Assembly (NCBI GenBank): GCA_038058635.1
Contig: JBBUAP010000001.1
Span: 13,606-77,605 of the forward strand
Source of the DNA: Patescibacteria group bacterium
Lineage (GTDB): Bacteria > Patescibacteriota > UBA1384 > 2-12-FULL-50-11
DNA length: 64,000 nucleotides
Reading direction: 5' to 3'
A program made the position numbers and the translations under genes. Positions 56,951-64,000 of the stretch are shown piece by piece (within the stretch, counting starts at the first letter, position 1; each line of letters begins with the position of its first letter). The notes beneath the pieces were generated by a model that was given only the letters and a program-made list of their open reading frames with translations, had not been told where the DNA came from and ran no database searches.

Positions 56951-58561
56951 ATGGCAACGAGGGTGATTGTCGTTACCGGCGGGGTATTATCCGGCCTTGG
57001 AAAAGGTATTATCGCTGCCTCCCTGGGCAATCGCCTCCAAGCCCGAGGATACTCCGTTTTCACTCAAAAATTTGACCCGTACCTCAACGTCGATGCCGGC
57101 ACCCTTAACCCCGGTGAGCACGGCGAATGTTTTGTGACTGTTGACGGCGCCGAAACCGATTTAGACCTCGGCCACTACGAACGCTTCTTGGATGTCGAAC
57201 TGTCACGCGATTCTTCAATTATGAGCGGCCAAATCTACCAAGCCGTGATCGAGAAAGAACGGCGCGGCGAATACTTAGGCAAAACTGTTCAAGTCATTCC
57301 TCACATTACTAACGAGATTAAAAGCCGCATCGATCAAACTTGTCGACAAACTAAGGTCGATTTTTTGATTATTGAAATTGGTGGCACGGTCGGTGACATT
57401 GAGGGTCGACATTTTCTGGAAGCCGTCCGCCAATACGCCATTGAGCATCCGCGTAAAGTTGCCTTTGTCCATCTGGCCTATCTGCCCTATTTACATACCT
57501 CCAAAGAAATTAAAACCAAACCAGTCCAGAACTCGCTCCGCGACTTACAGTCGCTCGGTATTCAACCGCAGCTAGTGTTCTGCCGAGCCGATTACCCAGT
57601 TGCCCTGGAACACTTGGAAAAAATTGCCATGTTTGCCGGTTTGCCCAAGAATGCCGTCATCACCATCCCGACCGTCGAAACCATTTACGAAGTACCGTTG
57701 TTGCTGGAAAAAGCTGGGGCCGATTGGTTACTGCTGAAATATTTCGGTTTGCGAAGTCCGCGTGAGCCAAAACCTCTCTGGCACGATTTAGTCAGACGCA
57801 TCAAGGCACCGAAAAAGCACGCTGTCCGCATTGCCATGGTCGGCAAGTATCTAACGATGAACGACACCTATTTTTCCGTTGTCGAAGCTTTAAAGGCTGC
57901 TTGCTGGGCTCACAATTGCGACCTCGTCCTAGACTTTGTTGATGCTGAAAAAATTGTTGTCTCTGGAACTCGTGCTTTGACTAAATACAACGGTATCTGT
58001 GTTCCTGGTGGTTTTGGCGGTCGGGGTGTCGAGGGGATAATTAAAGCGATTCAATGCGCTCGAGTCAAAAATATTCCTTATCTGGGCTTGTGTTACGGCT
58101 TGCAGTTGGCCGTCATCGAGTTTGCCCGTAACGCCTTGAAGCTTGGAGGTGCTCACACAACGGAGATTAACAAAAAAAGTCCGCACCCAGTGATCAGTAC
58201 TATGGCCGAGCAAGAAGCGATCCTCAAAGAAAGTAATTACGGCGGTAGTATGCGGCTGGGCTCGTACCCCTGCGAGCTCGCCAAAGGTAGTCTAGCTCAC
58301 CATCTATACAAACAACCTCTCGTTCACGAACGACATCGGCATCGCTATGAGTTCAATAACGGTTACCGAGATCAGTTTGAAAGGACGGGTACTTGGCGCT
58401 TTAGTGGTAGCTCTCCAGACGGCAAGCTAATTGAGATTATCGAGCTGATCGATCATCCGTTTTTCATCGCCTGCCAATTTCATCCGGAATTTGCCAGCCG
58501 TCCCCACCGACCGCATCCGCTATTTTTGGGCTTAGTGGCAGCAGCCCTAGCAATCCAGTAA
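56951..58561 (+). CDS. pyrG: CTP synthase
   Basis: TGGVLSGLGKG, DPYLNVDAGT, GGTVGDIE, VPGGFG, GLCYG, QFHPEF. Confidence 0.98.
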   Translation: MATRVIVVTGGVLSGLGKGIIAASLGNRLQARGYSVFTQKFDPYLNVDAGTLNPGEHGECFVTVDGAETDLDLGHYERFLDVELSRDSSIMSGQIYQAVIEKERRGEYLGKTVQVIPHITNEIKSRIDQTCRQTKVDFLIIEIGGTVGDIEGRHFLEAVRQYAIEHPRKVAFVHLAYLPYLHTSKEIKTKPVQNSLRDLQSLGIQPQLVFCRADYPVALEHLEKIAMFAGLPKNAVITIPTVETIYEVPLLLEKAGADWLLLKYFGLRSPREPKPLWHDLVRRIKAPKKHAVRIAMVGKYLTMNDTYFSVVEALKAACWAHNCDLVLDFVDAEKIVVSGTRALTKYNGICVPGGFGGRGVEGIIKAIQCARVKNIPYLGLCYGLQLAVIEFARNALKLGGAHTTEINKKSPHPVISTMAEQEAILKESNYGGSMRLGSYPCELAKGSLAHHLYKQPLVHERHRHRYEFNNGYRDQFERTGTWRFSGSSPDGKLIEIIELIDHPFFIACQFHPEFASRPHRPHPLFLGLVAAALAIQ

Positions 58562-58599
58562 GTCGCTAGGGACATTGTAGGGCCAGGCCCTACAGACTT

Positions 58600-60450
58600 T
58601 TACGGTGTTGGTGGGTTGGTCGGTAGGAGCGACTCGTTCGTGCCGACTAAGAAACGGGCGGGCCAGACTTTGTAAACCGATTTAAAAACTTGCTTGTTGA
58701 TGACCTGGCCGGCTCTGGTAACGGTATAAGTGACAACGGCCGTGGCGCCGGCGTGGGGTTTCTCAATCTGTTTCTGCTCACCTTTGGGCAGGGTGTCGGT
58801 ATCGGCGTAAATCGGCTCGCCGGGTTGAATGATATTGGAGACGATCGGCGCGGTAATACTGGAAGTTCGACCGTCGCTGGTCCCCCAAAATTCGAACTGG
58901 ACTTTGCTACCAACCACTCGACCCTGAATCAGGATATAACCAGGGGTATCGTTGACAAATTTTAAGTCTGGTTTTGGAAAATATATCGTCGCGTCCAGCC
59001 CGACTGGCGGCTCGTAGTAACTAACGCGGTAGGAGTGATTTTTTCGTTCGGTGACCGGTAGTCCAGCGTTCATCATCGCTCGAAACAGCGTCGTCGACAC
59101 CTGACACAAACCGCCGCCAAACTCCGGCGTCGTTCGATTTTCTTTGATCACTAACTCCGGTAGATAGCCAGTTGTATTGTCGATAGCACCGAGCTTGGCG
59201 ATAGTTGAAAAAGTTTCACCCGGCTTGATTAGAGCGCTTTGTAAAATAGAAACGCCGTTAGTAATGTTGTGCCGGCGGTTGGCTGGTGAGCCGGCAAAGC
59301 TGGTTTCGCCGTAACCGATTCGCTCTTTGATGCCGAGCGTTGCCAGATTGGCTTCGTTGATGGTTGGGGTTTGGGTTTTCATAGTTAGTTCGATGGTTGG
59401 ATTGACATCGGTTCCCTCCAAGGCCCCTAAAATGGCCTCGGCCGAAACGGCTAGATCGACGACCGTACCGATCTTCGAAGCTTTGACGATTGCTAGCTGA
59501 CCATCTTTGATGACCAACTGCGGTTCGGCGGCCGGGGAGTCGGTTTGATCGCTAATGCCCGTCAAATAATTCTGGACTTTCTCGGCCGTAAACGCGACCG
59601 TTAAGAACTTGGGGCTGGCGCTTTCGGAAGTCTGACCTCCGCCCGCCGGCGGATATCCCACCAGTTGGCGGATCTCTTTTCGATTTAGTTTTTTATTGCC
59701 GGTAGCCCACTTCAGCGTCAGTTGGCGTACGGATAATAATTCTAGTTTGGCCGTTAGCTCGTCAACATTGCCCAAAACAATCGTTGGGGTGTCGAGCCTC
59801 TTCTCAATCGTGATCGTCCCGCCGGTAAAACTATTGAGGAAAGCCAGGGCTTGGTTGGTCACATTCGCCTCATCGACAACTTCACCAGACTTCTCTGTGG
59901 TCGTCACTAATTTATCACTGACTAACTCGGCCGAGGCATTGATGGCCGGATTGTTGATTTTGTCGGCAATCTGGCTGACTTTGGCCGCCAACAGGTCTTC
60001 ATCATAGTTACTGACTGGGTCTAGATGGGTTTTGATAAATGCTGAACGGAGCTGGTGGAAAAAACTAATTAATCGGCTGGTATCTTCGCGGCCGTAGCCG
60101 AATATTTGGTTGGCGGTTGTTTCCAGATCAACCTGCCAGTCGATATCTTTAGAACTAAACTCAAGCGTCTCTTCGCCTTGTCGGAGAATGATCTTCTGCT
60201 CGCCTTGAGCGATCGTTAATTTGGTTAGTTCACTAGTCAATTGCTCTCGAGTCATCCCCTGAAATTGGTTAGAACCAATCACAACATTCGGATAGACCCG
60301 ATCGAGATAGCGCAAGCTAAAGCCAAGATAGCCGAGCGCCAAAACAGCGACGACCGATAAAGTCCAAGCGCTGTATTTGATCGCCGGTTTGGTTGATCTG
60401 TACAGCCCAACTACCCGTCCCCAGACGGTTTTTTTCGTCTCTCCACCCAT
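58600..60450 (-). CDS. VanW family protein with peptidoglycan-binding repeats and G5-like C-terminus
   Basis: N-terminal TM, RVYPNVVIG, GGGLCQVSTTLF, ERKNHS, GLDATI, DLKFVND. Confidence 0.88.
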   Translation of the reverse strand: MGGETKKTVWGRVVGLYRSTKPAIKYSAWTLSVVAVLALGYLGFSLRYLDRVYPNVVIGSNQFQGMTREQLTSELTKLTIAQGEQKIILRQGEETLEFSSKDIDWQVDLETTANQIFGYGREDTSRLISFFHQLRSAFIKTHLDPVSNYDEDLLAAKVSQIADKINNPAINASAELVSDKLVTTTEKSGEVVDEANVTNQALAFLNSFTGGTITIEKRLDTPTIVLGNVDELTAKLELLSVRQLTLKWATGNKKLNRKEIRQLVGYPPAGGGQTSESASPKFLTVAFTAEKVQNYLTGISDQTDSPAAEPQLVIKDGQLAIVKASKIGTVVDLAVSAEAILGALEGTDVNPTIELTMKTQTPTINEANLATLGIKERIGYGETSFAGSPANRRHNITNGVSILQSALIKPGETFSTIAKLGAIDNTTGYLPELVIKENRTTPEFGGGLCQVSTTLFRAMMNAGLPVTERKNHSYRVSYYEPPVGLDATIYFPKPDLKFVNDTPGYILIQGRVVGSKVQFEFWGTSDGRTSSITAPIVSNIIQPGEPIYADTDTLPKGEQKQIEKPHAGATAVVTYTVTRAGQVINKQVFKSVYKVWPARFLVGTNESLLPTNPPTP

Positions 60451-60491
60451 TATGGTTTGAAAGTAACGGTTTAGAGCTCTGCGCACAAGAG

Positions 60492-62498
60492 CTACTTGAG
60501 AATCAAGGCGATTATCAGGATCGCCACGATGTTGACGATCTTAATCATCGGATTGATGGCGGGGCCGGCGGTGTCTTTGTACGGATCGCCGACGGTGTCG
60601 CCGGTGATTGAAGCTTTGTGAGCTTCCGAGCCCTTGCCACCGTGATGGCCTTCTTCGATATATTTCTTGGCGTTGTCCCAGGCGGCGCCGCCGTTAGTCA
60701 TGGAGAGAGCGACGAAGATACCGGTGACAATTGAGCCGATCAGTAAGCCACCCAAGGCGGCCGGACCGAGCAAGTAACCGACAGCGATTGGCACGACGAC
60801 CGGGATCAAAGCCGGGACAATCATTTCTTTGAGAGCGGCGGCGGTGACGATATCGACCGCTCGGGCGTAATCGGGCTTGACTTTACCCTCGAGAATTCCC
60901 CGGCGTTCGCTGAACTGGCGACGAACTTCGGTCACCACTGCGCCAGCGGCTCGGCCGACGGCTTCCATCGAGATAGCGCTAAAGATATACGGCAACATGC
61001 CGCCGATAAATAGGCCAACGATAACATACGGATCAGATAGATCAAAGGAGATTGTTTTACCTTGTGCGATTATTTCTTGGGTGTATGAGCCGAACAGTAC
61101 TAGTGCGGCCAATCCGGCTGAAGCGATAGCATAACCCTTAGTGACAGCTTTGGTGGTGTTGCCAACGGCATCGAGCTCATCAGTAACTTTGCGGACATTC
61201 TCTGGCAAGCCGCTCATTTCAGCAATCCCACCAGCGTTATCGGTGATGGGCCCAAAAGCGTCGATGGCGACAATCATACCGGTCAACGACAGCATCGAGA
61301 AAGCCGAAACAGCGACGCCGAACAGGCCGGCCAGCTTGAAGGCGACCAGTGAACCGATGGCAATTACTAGCACCGGCAACATCGTTGAGCGCATCGATAG
61401 AGCCAGGCCAGCAATAATATTAGTGCCGTGCCCAGTCTCTGATGCTTGAGCAACTTTTTTGACAGGAGAATATCGAGTCGAAGTGTAGTACTCGGTAATC
61501 AACATCATCGCGGCCGTAACAATTATGCCGATTATTGAAGTGGCGAAAATTTTGTTGATATCAAAATTGGTTGAAGATCCCAACAACCATTTGGTAACGG
61601 GGAAAAAGCCGGCGGCAGCTAGGACAGCGGTGACAATCAAGCCTTTATACATCGCCCCCATAATGTTTTCTTTTCGTCCGAGACGGACAAACCAACTACC
61701 GATGATTGAAGCGATAACGGAGACAGCACCAAGAGCGAGCGGGAAGAGAATGACATTTTGGTTGTCTTTGAAGATAATTGAGCCGAGCAGCATCGCCGAA
61801 ACAGCGGTAACGACATAGGTTTCGAACAGATCAGCGGCCATACCGGCACAGTCGCCAACATTGTCGCCGACATTGTCAGCAATAACGGCTGGGTTACGAG
61901 GATCGTCTTCAGGAATACCAGCCTCGAGTTTACCGACTAAATCGGCACCAACGTCAGCCGCTTTGGTAAAAATGCCGCCACCGAGCCGAGCAAAGATTGA
62001 AATCAGTGAACCCCCGAAGGCCAAACCGACCATGGCCGGAACATCTTTCGTCGCCCAGTAAAAGAGGGTGGTGCCGAGCAATCCTAGGCCAACAACCATT
62101 AGGCCAGTGACTGCTCCGCCACGAAAAGATAAAGACAGGGCTTTGGCTAGGCCAGTCTTGGCTGCTTCGGCTGTTCGAACATTAGCTCGAACCGAAACAT
62201 TCATTCCAATGTAGCCACAGAGGCCGGACAAAATTGCGCCGGTCAAGAAGCCAAGAGCAATAGTCCAGTTGAGTAAAAAGCCAAGTAGTGCAAAAACGAG
62301 AATAGCAACCACGGCAACAGTTCGGTACTGGCGGTTCAAGTAGGCTTTTGCGCCCTGCTGGATCGCTTCGGAAATTTCAATCATCTTGGCGTCGCCCTTG
62401 GGCTGTTTATTAATCCAGGTCACCAGCCATAAACTATAAAGCACGGTTAAAACGCCGGCTCCGGTTGCTCCATATAAAACTGTTTGCAATGTGGACAT
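60492..62498 (-). CDS. hppA: membrane-bound ion-translocating pyrophosphatase (predicted K+-independent H+-PPase)
   Basis: [42 protein letters not shown]. Confidence 0.96.
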   Translation of the reverse strand: MSTLQTVLYGATGAGVLTVLYSLWLVTWINKQPKGDAKMIEISEAIQQGAKAYLNRQYRTVAVVAILVFALLGFLLNWTIALGFLTGAILSGLCGYIGMNVSVRANVRTAEAAKTGLAKALSLSFRGGAVTGLMVVGLGLLGTTLFYWATKDVPAMVGLAFGGSLISIFARLGGGIFTKAADVGADLVGKLEAGIPEDDPRNPAVIADNVGDNVGDCAGMAADLFETYVVTAVSAMLLGSIIFKDNQNVILFPLALGAVSVIASIIGSWFVRLGRKENIMGAMYKGLIVTAVLAAAGFFPVTKWLLGSSTNFDINKIFATSIIGIIVTAAMMLITEYYTSTRYSPVKKVAQASETGHGTNIIAGLALSMRSTMLPVLVIAIGSLVAFKLAGLFGVAVSAFSMLSLTGMIVAIDAFGPITDNAGGIAEMSGLPENVRKVTDELDAVGNTTKAVTKGYAIASAGLAALVLFGSYTQEIIAQGKTISFDLSDPYVIVGLFIGGMLPYIFSAISMEAVGRAAGAVVTEVRRQFSERRGILEGKVKPDYARAVDIVTAAALKEMIVPALIPVVVPIAVGYLLGPAALGGLLIGSIVTGIFVALSMTNGGAAWDNAKKYIEEGHHGGKGSEAHKASITGDTVGDPYKDTAGPAINPMIKIVNIVAILIIALILK

Positions 62499-62678
62499 TC
62501 CTCTCAACTCCTTTCAGTAATTCTTAACAGGTCAAATATTAGCGGATGTTTGGGGTATAGGCAAGAGATTGAGGAAAGTGGGCTTGCCCCGCACCATCTG
62601 CTCCGGGCAAGAACAGGACGAAGTCCGTTTTGCCGGAAAGTTTGGTGCGTGGGTTTACTTTCGGGCGGTTTTGCCTTA

Positions 62679-63797
62679 ATGATTAATCTGATGCGCGCTA
62701 AAACTGCACCGGAAATTTACCTGACTATCGAAGATAAACAGCTCGGCATGACTGGCTTCTTGGTCGTTGAGAGCACAGCTGTTGGCCCAGGTAAGGGTGG
62801 GATGCGAATGACGGCCAATGTCACTCTCGAAGAAGTAGCGCGTTTAGCCGACACTATGACCTGGAAGAATAGTTTATTTGAGTTACCGTTTGGTGGCGCT
62901 AAGTCTGGAATTGTTTGGGAAGGTGGGGACGCGAAGAAGAAAGAACAATTTGTCCGCTCCTTTGCCCGTCAAATCAAAAAATATATCCCCAAACAGTATG
63001 TCGCTGGACCGGATGTAAACTCCGGGGAGGAAGAAATGGTGTGGATTGCTGACGAATTGAAACTCTGGGGCGCCTCCACCGGTAAACCGGCGAGTTTCTG
63101 CGAGACAAAGAATGGCAAGAAGTTCTGCGGCCTGCCGCACGAACTCGGCAGTACTGGTTACGGCGTCGCTGTCTCCGCCGGTGTCACCGCCAAACTACTT
63201 GAAATGGATCCGTCGCAAACTTCGGTTGGAATACATGGCTTCGGCAATGTTGGAACTTTTGCCGCCAAGCATCTCTTAGAAGCTGGCTTCAAGGTTGTGC
63301 TAATCGCTGGCTCTAAGGGAGGCCTTTATCGACCCAAGGGCTTTACCTTGGCAGAAATCGAGGCCGTCATCGCCCGGCGTCAGACCCTCTTCGACCTGCC
63401 GGGAAAGAAATTAACCGACGACCAATTCTGGTCCACACCCATTGACATCTTGATTCCGGCTTCGGTCACTAATGTCATTAACGAAACCAACTTTAAAACT
63501 ATCCAAGCCAAGCTGATCGTCGAGGGCGGCAACATTCCGATGACTGAAGATATCGAGCAACAGCTCCACCGTCACGGCAAGGTGATCGTCCCCGATTTCG
63601 TCGCTAATGGCGGCGGCATCATTTCTTCCTACGCCGAATTGCAAGGATTCAGTCCAGATCAGATGTTTACATTAGTAGAAGAAAAAATCACTCGGGCCAC
63701 GACCGAAGTAATGGAAAAAAGCATCTCCGCTAGCCATTACGCTCGCGATGTCGCCATCAAACTTGCCAAGACCAACCTAGCTAAGCTGTCGGCTTAA
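62679..63797 (+). CDS. Glu/Leu/Phe/Val dehydrogenase
   Basis: GPGKGGMR, MTWK, LPFGGAKSG, GPDV, TGKP, GFGNVG, EGGN, PDFVANGGG. Confidence 0.93.
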   Translation: MINLMRAKTAPEIYLTIEDKQLGMTGFLVVESTAVGPGKGGMRMTANVTLEEVARLADTMTWKNSLFELPFGGAKSGIVWEGGDAKKKEQFVRSFARQIKKYIPKQYVAGPDVNSGEEEMVWIADELKLWGASTGKPASFCETKNGKKFCGLPHELGSTGYGVAVSAGVTAKLLEMDPSQTSVGIHGFGNVGTFAAKHLLEAGFKVVLIAGSKGGLYRPKGFTLAEIEAVIARRQTLFDLPGKKLTDDQFWSTPIDILIPASVTNVINETNFKTIQAKLIVEGGNIPMTEDIEQQLHRHGKVIVPDFVANGGGIISSYAELQGFSPDQMFTLVEEKITRATTEVMEKSISASHYARDVAIKLAKTNLAKLSA

Positions 63798-64000
63798 GAG
63801 AGCCTTCTCCTGTCTCATCAACCTGTCTCAAAGCTAATCCCGCAAAAAGTAAGACTAGCCAGATTGCGGCCTGACCGGTGTAGTGGTTGATAAAAATTCC
63901 AGCCACTGCCAGCCCAAGTGTTGCGGCACCGATTACGATTGTCGTAATGGTTTTGGTACGCAGTAACGACCAAACGAGCGTGATCCAAAAACCCAAATAA
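63781..64000 (-). CDS. membrane protein, C-terminal part (runs off the window)
   Basis: Hydrophobic ORF open to the window end. Confidence 0.5.
   Translation of the reverse strand, partial: YLGFWITLVWSLLRTKTITTIVIGAATLGLAVAGIFINHYTGQAAIWLVLLFAGLALRQVDETGEGSLKPTA

Overview
Bacterial chromosomal window in genetic code 11. Gene content, compact overlaps and repeat style point to a Patescibacteria/CPR organism (inference). The housekeeping backbone is ileS, hisS, gltX, trpS, dnaE, rplS, rpmA, rpsF-ssb-rpsR-efp, xerC/D, groES-groEL, pyrG, ndk, pmm/pgm, hppA and gdh, plus tRNA-Glu(CTC) and tRNA-Gln(CTG). It also holds a type IV pilus/pseudopilin cluster with a giant kelch-like PilX-type protein. 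The accessory features of most interest are: (1) a TrmB regulator divergent from an unannotated micro-ORF and an N-terminally extended YcaO, bracketed by a palindromic motif, a candidate minimal RiPP system; (2) three single-gene units downstream of groEL delimited by four exact 16-bp direct repeats, a candidate gene-cassette array; (3) a free-standing LAGLIDADG endonuclease between a tRNA-Gln 5' remnant and an intact, sequence-altered tRNA-Gln; (4) stacked tRNA 3' halves after tRNA-Glu; (5) REP-like palindromes and 7-mer tracts inserted in frame in several proteins; (6) duplication scars beside the NrtR cassette and the PilX gene; (7) a catalytically dead P-type ATPase-like protein. All family assignments come from motif recognition by eye; no searches were run.
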